Source: Macrostomum lignano
Lineage: Eukaryota
Assembly (NCBI GenBank): GCA_002269645.1
Contig: NIVC01000476.1
Location: forward strand, 124,001-188,000
Direction: 5' to 3'
Length of the DNA: 64,000 bases
The notes below the pieces were generated by a model. The model searched no databases. It saw only the letters and a program-made list of their open reading frames with translations, and was not told where the DNA came from. This document shows, piece after piece, positions 51,411 to 64,000 of this stretch; within the stretch, counting starts at the first letter, position 1, and each line of letters begins with the position of its first letter. Both the position numbers and the translations under genes were made by a program.

Positions 51411-52163
51411 ATGGCTTCCAATCAGCTGATTGAGACCGCATCGGGTGTCGAGCTCGGAGCAGATCCCACGGCAACCGGCCATCGAAGGCAACTTCCACCG
51501 GCACTGGCGACTGCCTCAGGTGTGCTGCTGCTGCTGCTGCTGCTGGCTGCTGGCTTCATCCTTGGACTGGCCTTCGCTGCTCAGAGGGGTGTCGAGAAGT
51601 CTGGTGCCGACAGTGGCCGCGGCGGCGGACGGCAGTTGCTGGCCGCTCAGCTGTCCACGGATTCGCAGCGCCCATCAGGTGTGCGATTTGCCGAGTTCGC
51701 CCTGGACACCGAGTCTTCCCCTGGCAACTGCGGCCCGAACTCACAGCAGCCCTGCTGGCAGGGCGGCAGCTACCTGACCTCGGGCGACTTGGGCCCGTTG
51801 CGCCAGCTCAGCGGCGACGGCTTCGCCCTGACGGAGGACCGGCGCAAAGTCCGCCTGTTGCAGGACGGCGTGTTCGCCATCGACGCGCAGGTGCGGGTGA
51901 AGCTGGATGGCAGCCACCCGACGCTGAGGGGTCACCTGGAGGTCAACGGGTTGCCAAGCAAACTGTTCTGCGGGGAGCGAACCCCGGCCGCCCTGGCCAC
52001 CAGCCAAGAGAAGTCTGCAAGGCGCACCGTCACCTGCCGGCTGAACGGGTTTGCAAAATTTCAAGCCGGAGACCAGCTGGCCGTGAGGCTGGAGCTGTTC
52101 AAAGTCCAGCCCGTGCTCAGCCAAACCGGCAGCAGCTTCATCAGGCTGGTGAAGCTGGGCTGA
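51411..52163 (+). CDS. TNF-ligand-like protein 2 (250 aa, intronless, type II TM)
   Basis: TM GVLLLLLLLAAGFILGLAFAA; RFAEFALD, LGPL, VRLLQDGVFAIDAQVRV, CRLNGFAKFQAGDQLAV, SFIRLVKLG. Confidence 0.82.
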   Translation: MASNQLIETASGVELGADPTATGHRRQLPPALATASGVLLLLLLLAAGFILGLAFAAQRGVEKSGADSGRGGGRQLLAAQLSTDSQRPSGVRFAEFALDTESSPGNCGPNSQQPCWQGGSYLTSGDLGPLRQLSGDGFALTEDRRKVRLLQDGVFAIDAQVRVKLDGSHPTLRGHLEVNGLPSKLFCGERTPAALATSQEKSARRTVTCRLNGFAKFQAGDQLAVRLELFKVQPVLSQTGSSFIRLVKLG

Positions 52164-52468
52164 AGACACACATTAACCTAAGTTGATCAATTAGAATATT
52201 AAATACAAATTTGGGCAGCCTCAGGATTTTTTTAGCTATTTACTTGAACAAAATGTTAAATTTGCGCCAAATTTTGTTTAAATGCCAAGCTATTTTGTTG
52301 TGTGTAATTTTGTTGTAAAATTTAATTCATTGAAGCTTGTGTTATTGACAATTGAGATATTTGAATAAACGATTTCATTCATGCTATTGACAAACCTTGC
52401 TGGGATGCCTCAGTTACCAATTGACAGCGCTTGACAGTGAGTTGCTCATTCAGTCATGCATTATCGGA

Positions 52469-53003
52469 CAGGGGCATCGCCACCGGTACGGGGACAGGGG
52501 GGCATGTCCCCCCCCCAGCAAAAGATATGGGGGGGGCATAGTTTCTGCGGCGCTAAAATGAGTGCCTGCGGCGCCAAAATGAGTGAGTGCCTGCTGCGCT
52601 CAAATGAGTGTCTGCGGCGTCAAAATGAGTGTCTGCGGCGCCAAAATGAGTGGATGACTGCGGCGCCAAAATGAGTGCCTGAGGCACCAAAATGAGTGTT
52701 TGCGGCGCCAAAATGGGTGGATGACTGCGGCGCCAAAATGAGTGCCTGCGGCGCCAAAATGAGTGCCTACGGCGCTAGAATGAGTGCCTGCGGCGCCAAA
52801 ATGAGTGGATGACTGCGGCGCCAAAATGAGTGTCTGCGGCGCTAAAATGAGTGTCTGAGGCGCCAAAATAGTACCTGAGGCGCTAAAATAAGTGACTGCG
52901 GCGCCAAAATGAGCGCTGACAACACCGATTCTGAAAGTAATGTACATGTACATGTAGAATTCTTGGCTTTGTCCCCCTTCCATAAAATCTATAGACGCCC
53001 CTG
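52469..53003. mobile_element. hAT-like MITE with internal GCGGCGCCAAAATGAG repeats
   Basis: Termini CAGGGGCATC / GACGCCCCTG (inverted, 1 mismatch); flanking 8-mers match only 5/8. Confidence 0.6.
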
Positions 53004-53349
53004 GTCTCGTATCCGGTTCCTGTGTCTCTAAAATTGCTCCTTAAAAGTGCAACGCGCTAACAGACACTTGCTGCAAGCATCCCCCTTTGCTGCACTGCGC
53101 CAAGCGCTACTCTCACGTTAGTGAAATGACGAAAAAACTATACACTTTTCTCTTACCTTTCTATGCAACGATGAGTAATGTTCAGTCCGTGGGAAACCCG
53201 CGTGTCTCTAGTCAGGAGCTAAAAATAGCACTAGATCTACTCTGGAATAGAAATTTGGAAGTATCACACAAAGCAAAATTAAAACTTCATAGTTTGCTTT
53301 TGTTGATTGCTTTTCTCGGGGTCTGTCAGCGACTCGGAGTCTCTTGGGT

Positions 53350-54825
53350 GCACACACTGAGACACACATTGAGACACACATTAAGACACACATTAAGACA
53401 CACACTGAGACACACACTGAGGCACACATTAAGACACACACTGAGACACACACCGAGACACACTGAGACACACACTGAGACACACACCGAGACACACTGA
53501 GACACACACTGAGACACACACTGAGACACACACTGAGACACACTGAGACACACACTGAGACACAAACTGAGACACACACTGAGGCACACATTAAGACACA
53601 CATTAAGACACACACTGAGACACAAACTGAGACACACACTGAGGCACACATTAAGACTCACGTTAAGACACACACTGAGACACACACTGAGACACACACC
53701 GAGACACACTGAGACACACACTGAGACACACACTGAGACACACTGAGACACACACTGAGACACAAACTGAGACACACATTAAGACACACATTAAGACACA
53801 CACTGAGACACACACTGAGACACACATTAAGACACACACTGAGGCACACATCAAGACACACATTAAGACACACACTGAGACACACATTAAGACACACACT
53901 GAGGCACACATTAAGACACACATTAAGACACACACTGAGACACACATTAAGACACACACTGAGACACACATTAAGACACACATTAAGACACACACTGAGA
54001 CACACATTAAGACACACATTAAGACACACACTGAGACACACACTGAGACACACATTAAGACACACATTAAGACACACACTGAGACACACACTGAGACACA
54101 CATTAAGACACACATTAAGACACACACTGAGACACACACTGAGGCACACATTAAGACACACATTAAGACACACATTAAGACACACATTAAGACACACATT
54201 AAGACACACATTAAGACACACATTAAGACACACATTAAGACACACATTAAGACACACACTGAGACACACACTGAGACACACATTAAGACACACACTGAGG
54301 CACACATTAAGACACACATTAAGACACACACTGAGACACACATTAAGACACACACTGAGGCACACATTAAGACACACATTAAGACACACACTGAGACACA
54401 CATTAAGACACACACTGAGACACACATTAAGACACACATTAAGACACACACTGAGACACACATTAAGACACACATTAAGACACACACTGAGACACACACT
54501 GAGACACACATTAAGACACACATTAAGACACACACTGAGACACACACTGAGACACACATTAAGACACACATTAAGACACACACTGAGACACACACTGAGG
54601 CACACATTAAGACACACATTAAGACACACATTAAGACACACATTAAGACACACATTAAGACACACATTAAGACACACATTAAGACACACATTAAGACACA
54701 CATTAAGACACACATTAAGACACGCATTAAGACACGCATTAAGACACACATTAAGACACGCATTAAGACACACATTAAGACACAAACTGAGACACACACT
54801 GAGACACAAATTGAGACACACACAA
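53350..54825. repeat. 12-bp minisatellite (ACACACATTAAG / ACACACACTGAG)
   Basis: About 120 units of two alternating variants. Confidence 0.97.
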
Positions 54826-54988
54826 CAAGAGCCGAATTGGGCACCCCTGGAATAACCGCGAGCTGCCCCGAGCAGACCTAAAATTAGAAGCGGTAGCTAC
54901 CAAAATATGCCTGCCCTACTCGCCCAGCTGTGCGTCATAACAAGGAACAGTGTGTTTTTGGCCTGCCCGTGGGAACTTCTGGCTTGGC

Positions 54989-54996
54989 TATAAATA
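54989..54996 (+). promoter_or_regulatory. TATA box of TNF-like 3
   Basis: TATAAATA ~60 bp upstream of ATG 55057. Confidence 0.6.
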
Positions 54997-55056
54997 CGGG
55001 TAGTGGAGCAAGCCAGGTATTCATTCAATTGTTTCAATACGAGCAACAGGTGAATA

Positions 55057-55851
55057 ATGTATCAGCTGAGAACTCTGGCACCGCAACAGTCTGTGGACAA
55101 TGAGGTCTACAGCAGCTCGGACGGTGCCGTGGACAAGTGCCTGGACAACCAGGTGTACACTGACCTGACTATTAACAATGGGCCCGAGCCGTCTGAGCAA
55201 GCGTCAGACAAGCCATGGTCCAGCCGAGTACAGAAGGGATGCAAGAAGCATTTTTGCCTTCTATTGAAGGTCATTCTGGCCGCTGGTTTTCCCATCCTAA
55301 TTGTACTAACCGTCATTAACATGATGAAGATTCGCGAGCTGAGCCAGCAACCACTGAAAGTTCGACCAACAGCCCAGCTAGCCAAGTTCGTGCTTGACCT
55401 GAGCAAAACCGCCAGTTGCCATGGCAACGGGCCTGACAGCCGCAGGCAGCCCTGCTGGACTGGCAGACGGCTGATGACCTTCGGCAGTCTGGGGCCGCTC
55501 AGGCAGATCGGGGAGCCCACCGAGGACCTGGCGCTGACCAACAATGGCAAGGAGATTCTCGTTCGTCGAGACGGAGTTTACGCCGTGAACGCGCGGGCCC
55601 GGGTTCGATTCCGCACTGGCTACCTCCAGCTGTCTGGCGGCCTGGCTGTCAATGGCTCGCTGAGCAATGTCATCTGCGAGGACAAGAGCTGGTCTGTCCC
55701 AGCCAAGTCAGTTGTTCTCCTCTGCCAGGTGAACAGCTTCGTCAGACTGAAGGCCGGAGATCGGCTCTCCCTGCTGCTGCTGCTGCTCAGCGGCCAGGAG
55801 CTGCAGGTCACCGAGTCCAGCACCTTCATTAAAGTAGTTGCTATGGCTTGA
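55057..55851 (+). CDS. TNF-ligand-like protein 3 (264 aa, intronless, type II TM)
   Basis: TM LLLKVILAAGFPILIVLTVINMM; LAKFVLD, LGPL, ILVRRDGVYAVNARARV, CQVNSFVRLKAGDRLSL, STFIKVVAMA. Clear paralog of copy 2. Confidence 0.82.
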   Translation: MYQLRTLAPQQSVDNEVYSSSDGAVDKCLDNQVYTDLTINNGPEPSEQASDKPWSSRVQKGCKKHFCLLLKVILAAGFPILIVLTVINMMKIRELSQQPLKVRPTAQLAKFVLDLSKTASCHGNGPDSRRQPCWTGRRLMTFGSLGPLRQIGEPTEDLALTNNGKEILVRRDGVYAVNARARVRFRTGYLQLSGGLAVNGSLSNVICEDKSWSVPAKSVVLLCQVNSFVRLKAGDRLSLLLLLLSGQELQVTESSTFIKVVAMA

Positions 55852-56099
55852 CTGGGAAACCATTTGTTGATGGCTTCCATCCCATCTATGATTCGGTTGC
55901 TAATAGATTATATAGCTCATCTGTTTTATACTTTCCGATTTCTAACCAATTTTATCAACCTTATTTTTTAACTGCATGTCTTTAATAATTTTCATATAAC
56001 GAAATACAAGTCGCGAATGCTGCTATTTTTTCAGCAATACAACCTGCTGGCTTAAGCTCATATTGTTCGCAATTGAAATTTGTAACGGTAAATATGAAG

Positions 56100-57125
56100 A
56101 ATGGGACAGGAGAGACAGGTGGATAGGAGATGAGAGACAGGTAGATAAGAGAGCAGAGAAAGGTAGATGGGAGAGCAGAGACAGGTAGATAAGAGAGCAG
56201 AGAAAGGTAGATGGGAGAGCAGAGACAGGTAGATGGGAGAGCAGAGACAGGTACATGGGAGAGGAAAGACAGGTAGATGGGACAGGAGGGACAGGTAGAT
56301 GGGAGAGAAGAGACAGGTAGATGGGAGAGGAGAGACAGGTAGATGGGACAGGAGGGACAGGTAGATAGGAGAGGAGAGACAGGTAGATAGGAGAGGAGAG
56401 ACAGGTAGATAGGAGATGAGAGACAGGTAGATAAGAGAGCAGAGAAAGGTAGATGGGAGAGCAGAGACAGGTAGATGGGAGAGCAGAGACAGGTAGATGG
56501 GATAGGAGAGACAGGTAGATGGGAGAGGAGAGACAGGTAGATAGGAGAGGAGAGACAGGTAGATGGGAGAGGAGAGACAGGTAGATAGGAGAGCAGAGAC
56601 AGGTAGATAAGAGAGCAGAGAAAGGTAGATGGGAGAGCAGAGACAGGTAGATAGGAGAGCAGAGACAGGTAGATGAGAGAGCAGAGACAGGTAGATGAGA
56701 GAGCAGAGACAGGTAGATGGGAGAGGAGAGACAGGTAGATGGGACAGGAGGGACAGGTAGATAGGAGAGGAGAGACAGGTAGATAGGAGAGCAGAGACAG
56801 GTAGATAGGAGAGCAGAGACTAGATAAGAGAGCAGAGACAGGTAGATGAGAGAGCAGAGACAGGTAGATGAGAGAGCAGAGACAGGTAGATGAGAGAGCA
56901 GAGACAGGTAGATGAGAGAGCAGAGACAGGTAGATGAGAGAGCAGAGACAGGTAGATGAGAGAGCAGAGACAGGTAGATGGGAGAGGAGAGACAGGTAGA
57001 TGGGACAGGAGGGACAGGTAGATAGGAGAGGAGAGACTAGATAAGAGAGCAGAGACAGGTAGATAGGAGAGCAGAGACAGGTAGATGAGAGAGCAGAGAC
57101 AGGTAGATGGGAGAGGAGAGACAGA
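56100..57125. repeat. 22-bp purine-rich minisatellite (GAGAGCAGAGACAGGTAGATGA)
   Basis: About 46 copies. Confidence 0.96.
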
Positions 57126-57609
57126 TAGATAGCAGACAGATTCAGAGATTCAGAGTTGAAGATCAAAGAAAACCCAATATGAAGGGCACCCGGCACAAGC
57201 ACTGAAGATCGGGTCATTTGGCAGGTCCGCGTAATTCCTGCGTGATAAAATCTCTTTAGATAAGAAGTACTTGTCGCGGTTTGCCCGCGGAATTTTTTAT
57301 TGCAGTCCAATATTGTAATGGCGATTACAGAATATACATGTAGAAGTTCTTTACCCTGACGACCTCGTTTTTAGATTCTAATCTTGTGCACACTGTCCTG
57401 GCGTACGGCAGATCGCACAACGAATTTAAACAGAATGATGTACGCTCGTCTATCTGGGGAGCGGAGTAAATATGAGCACATTTTTAGTGCGTTGTCTGAG
57501 ATTTTCACCCACGTAAATTCATTCATGCCCAGCGAATACTTCTTCTATGAAAGGAAAGATGAAGCAAATAGTGAAGTTCTCTTTTATATTCTCAATATGG
57601 AGGAATACC

Positions 57610-58965
<1,356 letters not shown>

Positions 58966-59372
58966 TAACTATATATAGATAAATTGATTGACTGACGGCT
59001 TCAGCTAAACTAGTCAGGAAAACGCAACACTTTCAGGTCTGCAAGCCTATTTTAAGCAGTCAGACATTCACTGGATTATTATTTCAGTTAAAAATAATTT
59101 TAAAGAATAAAAAACAACTGCATTTTTATGTTTTTTCGGCTCAAGTTTTTTTAGCAAATCGCTTATTTAGAATTTTAGGCTAAGGCGAATTTCTGACTTG
59201 TTGCTAATTTTATAACCCAGGGCGAGGCTGGCGCAACCGGATGTGCGACGATGAATTATAAATAACAGCCGCGAAATGGTTTCAACTGTGACATGAATAT
59301 CCGTTTTTTAGTATTCTCTACTACTAAAGAAAAATAGTTCAGCTAGAAAATTTGATTGATCAAACAGTCAAA

Positions 59373-60825
59373 ATGCCCAGCATTCTGCTCGACACAATCA
59401 GGAGCGTTCTGGTGATGACTGCGGTCCTCAGTCTGGTGGCTGCGGCTCCGGCTGCATCGAAAATGGTGACCAGCCTCTTTGCTTTCTTACATAGGAAATT
59501 TGGAATTCAGGCACTTTAAGCAACATTGTCACACATTGCCCCTGACTTATTTATCGTTAGGCCTGGGTTGGCCCCCTAGGGCGTTAATTGCACGAGCAGA
59601 GCCAAGCCGAGATTCCAATTCAGCCCCAAATTAATGTGACATCAAACCACTGGGCTGCGGCCCTCGGAGATTTGGGGGATGCCTTTGCTGTGTCAGATTT
59701 CAACAAATATAGTAAGAAAGTCATTTTATCCGCTTCTTCCGCAGGTTTCGCTCGAACTAAACTACGCCAGCCTGCCTTCGTGCTCGGAGACCCGAATGGA
59801 AGTCTTTGCGAGCCGAACTGCACTCAGAGAAACCACCCCTGCCCTTCATCATCGGCAGAGGTTAGCGACCAATTGACGTCTCTTTTGCCACTCTGATCCC
59901 TTATCAATTTTGGACCTGGGTAGTGGGCTAGTAGAAAGTGGGCTTTTTGGAATTGAGGTACATGCTTGCTACTAGGGGGTTGTAGCCTAGTGGTCAGAGC
60001 GTCGGTTTCACGACTTGAAGGTCGGGGGTTCGATTCCCGATCCCACTGGAACAATTTGTGTCATTGAGCAAGACACTTAACTCTGCATTGCTTCAGTTCA
60101 CCCAGGTGTAAAATGGGTGCCAGCATTAGCTGGGGTAATTCAAGGTGTGTGTGGCGACCCCCCCCCCCAGTTCTTGGACTGAACAGCCGTACGCAGCCTT
60201 CAGAAGCGCCGCGCAATAGCTGCGGTTGAGCTGTCGGTTGCACATCTAGTCCAATTGGGGCAGGTGTAATCAATAATTATTATTATCAATATTATTATTA
60301 CTATTATTAGTAAGCTGCAGCATGTCCTTCTCATTGTTTGAAAACTTTGAAAAATCCATTTAGCACAGACAAACTAACAGAATCAATGATTCTTCAATTG
60401 CAGAGACAGAATGGAATCCGAGCACTCGTATTGTCGTGGGCCCCTGGGCGCCGACGCCAACCTCTGTTAAGAAATGGCCAGGCGACACATTCGAGCTGGC
60501 CGACAACAGCTCGGCGCTGAAGGTGCTGCAGTCCGGGCTCTATCACGTGACCGCCCAGCTGCTGGTGCGGCTGCCGGGCAAGTTCGCCGCCAGGACAATG
60601 GAATGCGCCCTGAGAGTCCAAGACAAGGTGGTCACCGCTGGCAGAGTGCTGAGCGCGGAGCACCCGCTCACCTGTCTGACGGTGGGCGTGCTGCGACTCA
60701 CGGCAGGGGAGCAGATCCAGGTGGCCCTGCTCCGTCTGGACAGCGTCCAGTACAGCGACGACTTCCAGATCTACGTGTACCGCAAACGACTCAACTTCTT
60801 CCAGGTGACCCGAATCGGGCCTTGA
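59373..60825 (+). CDS. TNF-ligand-like protein 4; proposed exons 59373-59465, 59600-59711, 59745-59860, 60406-60825
   Basis: N-terminal hydrophobic/signal segment; PAFVLG..C..NC..PC; last exon VGPW, LKVLQSGLYHVTAQLLV, CLTVGVLRLTAGEQIQV, NFFQVTRI. Last exon is confident; upstream junctions are less certain. Confidence 0.7.
59975..60310 (+). mobile_element. tRNA-derived SINE with CORE-like domain, in the last intron of TNF-like 4
   Basis: A box TAGCCTAGTGG (59983-59993), B box GGTTCGATTCC (60027-60037), then TGTGTCATTGAGCAAGACACTTAACTC...CAGTTCACCCAGGTGTAAAATGGG resembling the CORE/MIR domain; AT-rich (TAT)n tail. Confidence 0.8.
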
Positions 60826-61289
60826 CAAAAAAGCCGAATTAACTAATCACTCACGCCGGATGCCTTGTTGCAATTCTTAGAGATTATCCAAGCATAATAC
60901 GTTGCTAGAAATCCTCATGATGTTTCTACATGCAGAATACATATTTGTTTCAAATAGCCCGCAAATTTGTTTTATTTAAATTGGCCCCAAAAATATAACA
61001 AAACTTTATGTGAGATAACGATACAGAATATTTTACTACAGTCAAATCTCTCTGCTTCATGCATGCTACTCGAGGATTGCCCGAGAGCACCGACGAACGC
61101 ACATTGCTGAGCGTACAAGAATTGCATTGGCAAGAGGGTTGCACAAGTTGGTTATTTTTATCATTCTTATTGCTGATCTTGCACACTCACGCGTACAGAA
61201 TTGAATGATTCCTGCACGGTCACGAGTGCGGGAATGACATCTGCACGAGTGCGCGCTAGCGCACGATTTCACGATGTCCTTCACGCACG

Positions 61290-62520
61290 AGTGAACGTGA
61301 AGGAATCCCATTGTCGGATGATTCATCGTGCAGGAATGCACAAAACCGTGCAGGAATGCATTTCTGCGCCTAATGCTTTTTCAGTGAGATTTTACCATAG
61401 ACATCCATTCCTGCACGCAAAAGAGTGCAAGAATGCCATTCTTGCATGGAAAATCAGCCGACGATGATTTTGTCTATGGCAAAATCATCTTTAAGTCTAA
61501 TGCATCATAGGTGCAGGATTGAAATGTATTTTCAGAAATTGAAAAGACAACAAAAAATAAAGTGAAGGATTGATTTTTTCTTGTTTGATTCTATGTGCAG
61601 AAATGCATTTAAGCGTGCGGAAATGCTTTTGTCTATGGTAAATCTTCATTTAAAATGTTAATGCTTACAGTGCAGGAATGCATTTTCATTCCTGCACGGT
61701 AATAGACTGAATTGTATTTCAATAAGAACAAACAAGTGACAAAAAATGAGAAATATTGACAAAAAATGAGTAACAACATTAACGTATTAAAGCAATGGAA
61801 CACTCAAACAGACATAGTTTCCTTTCCAAGAACAATAGCTCGTAGATCAATTTCAATCCTTATCTACTCGAAAACGAACTGCACCACGTTGGAATCCCCA
61901 TCAGCGATGATCCTCATCTTCTTTGTTGACGCCGACGTAGTCGGCTCACTTGTTCACAGCACTTCAGACTGGGCCGCACTCCGAATGCCGACCGATGAAG
62001 TCTCAGAGCCAGTTCCGTCAAGAGCAATAGTCAATTGTCCACTCATGCCCGCCATTATAGTGTCTCTTCGTTTTCGTTCACTTCGATAGAAATTTTCACA
62101 TAAACGTAAGAATAATTCTATCAGATACAATGTACAAGCTTTGCTACGTTGTGTACACACAGTGTAACGGTTTTCAGCTTACCTTGTGCCCCGTCACTTA
62201 CACAGACACGTAGCGCAGGTCTATCAATGGACCAACCAAATTTTTGTCACTCAGAGTGGCCATGTTTGATTTCAATTTTCTAAATAACAAACACTATTAT
62301 CACTACGTAACTAACTCCAGCCATTCTTCTTCTTTTTTTATTCGGCGTGCAGGATTGAATGATTCCCGTGAAGGAATCCCATTGTCGAATGATTCATCGT
62401 GCAGGAATGCATTTCTGCGCCTAATGCTTTTTCAGTGAGATTTTACCATAGACATCCATTCCTGCACGCAAAAGAGTGCAAGAATGCCATTCTTGCATGG
62501 AAAATCAGCCGACAATGCTT
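61290..62520. repeat. ~170-bp direct repeats (~61298-61462 and ~62368-62512) flanking a possible Mutator-like transposase remnant
   Basis: Near-identical segments read directly. Minus strand between them has LTIALDGT and MRIIADGDS (weak Mutator-like motifs). Confidence 0.5.
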
Positions 62521-64000
62521 TCGTCTGTGGTAAAAATCCTCGTGAATTCTGTTGAAACAGTTTTTGTCTATGGTAAATGTTTTTTTTTCATGTGGGACCC
62601 CCCCCAGCAAGGGGACTGCGTCCCCTTACCCCGCTTCCCGCTGCACCTCCCTTCCACTCTAATTGATCCAACAAGAATATATTCCAGCACGAAAACGAGT
62701 GCGACTGTGGCAAAGGCACGAGTGTTAAGCCGATTCTGAGCGCATTAAACGCCAATCGAGTGATTAAATGAGGGGTTCAATAGCATTGCAGTAGCATTGC
62801 ATTCATGATATATATTTCTCGTGAATTAAGTGACTCTAGAAATACGCGATCACGAGATGCAGATGCAGAGTGGAGGCGGAGGAGACCACCCATTCCGCTA
62901 GCCTCTGGTGACCAATAACGAAGTGATGTCGCTCAGGAGAACCCGGCGGCTCGCGGTCCTCCTCACCGGCGTTGGGGAAGAACTCAGCTCTCCCCTCGTC
63001 CCTGAGGTACCGGTGTTAGGCTTTGCAATCTCCGTGCGTTTGCAGTCTCCGGCCAGAGATTGCAAGATAAATGTGACTCTGCCTTGCGCTCTCCAGTCCC
63101 GGGCAACGCAGCTTGGGATATCCGGACCGGATACATTAAGATGCTTGAAAAATATCCAGGGGAGATCAGAAAGTACTTATACTATCTGGGCGGATGACAC
63201 AAGACACGGATATCCCGAAAGTATAGCACCGGAGAGGGCCATGCTGACTGCTCTAAGATCCCTGCGGTTGGGCTCTGCGCAGGAGGCGGGAGGGGCAGGG
63301 GATGGCAGCACGGGATTGCCTGCGGAGATGCTGGGAGTCAGCCCAGCGCTTGACGCGGGAGTTGATCACCAAGACGGGAGCGGAGCCCAGAACGGAGCCC
63401 AACGGGAAATGAGACTAAGAGTTTTCAAGCACTGATCTGTCTTTGCCTTCGGTTTCACTCTCTACAAAGTTTATGAAATTTTAAAATTTGTACGTCTGCT
63501 TGGTGACTGCGAAAGCATTAAGGCACTCTTCAAGCGAGCAAGACACTGAGTTGGAACTGTCAATAGATAATCAATAACGAAGTGTAATAAAAATGTAAAA
63601 TCAAAGCGAGATTTACTGAAACCGAGCAATAAATAATAATTTTTCTCGAGGGTTTTGTACGTACTTTTGAGGGTCAATTTCGAAAACAGCTGGTGTTTTT
63701 AGTCCTGTCTCATTATTTAACAATCATTTCTATAAACTTCTTTCCGTTTCAAGTGCATTCGTGAAAATGGTCACCTGTTGCAGAACTTCGTTGCAGAACT
63801 ATGATACAAAAATGAGTATCGTAAATAGATCAATGATGTAATCTTTATGATACCTGAAGAGCCTCAAAACGGCAATGACTGGTGTGACGTAAAACTTCAA
63901 TCGCGAATGACGTTCCCCATCACGCTAACGTTCCACTTTCAAAAGCGGTAATTTCAGCAAGTGTGCATCGGAAGACTTGCTCCATTGTCTGTGCTGTACT

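Noticed and set aside
59975-60050. tRNA gene
   Set aside because: A and B boxes are present but the acceptor and anticodon stems pair poorly, and the sequence continues into a CORE-like domain: a SINE head.
62908-63435. 175-aa GC-rich ORF
   Set aside because: GTG start, no recognisable motif or supported splice structure; cannot assign.
63470-64000. Possible hAT-like remnant on the minus strand
   Set aside because: Only vague peptide resemblance with many stops; not supportable.

Overview
Animal (eukaryotic) genomic DNA with GC-rich exons, GT-AG introns and a very high load of micro/minisatellites. This resembles a free-living flatworm such as Macrostomum (inference, not proven). Positions 1-15.2 kb are a transposon graveyard: Mag-like Gypsy pol, CsRn1-type Gypsy gag plus LTR, Crypton, P-element, Tc1/IS630-like, hAT, RTE-X-like LINE and Merlin. 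Host genes reconstructed by hand from splice sites and reading frame follow: nicalin (4 exons); a divergent Mab-21/cGAS-fold protein (minus strand, 3 exons, one apparent 1-nt frameshift) head-to-head with an innexin (4 exons; intron 1 holds a 3'-truncated Gypsy inside a (GGAGA)n array); and a GT32 DXD glycosyltransferase (4 exons). The most interesting feature is a cluster of four highly diverged TNF-ligand-like genes (44.9-60.8 kb). Two are spliced and invisible or fragmented in the ORF track, two are intronless, and all share an unusual Cys-loop/GP[WL] signature. Nearly every long intron and intergenic gap carries its own tandem repeat. Family assignments rest on motif recognition from memory; no database searches were run.
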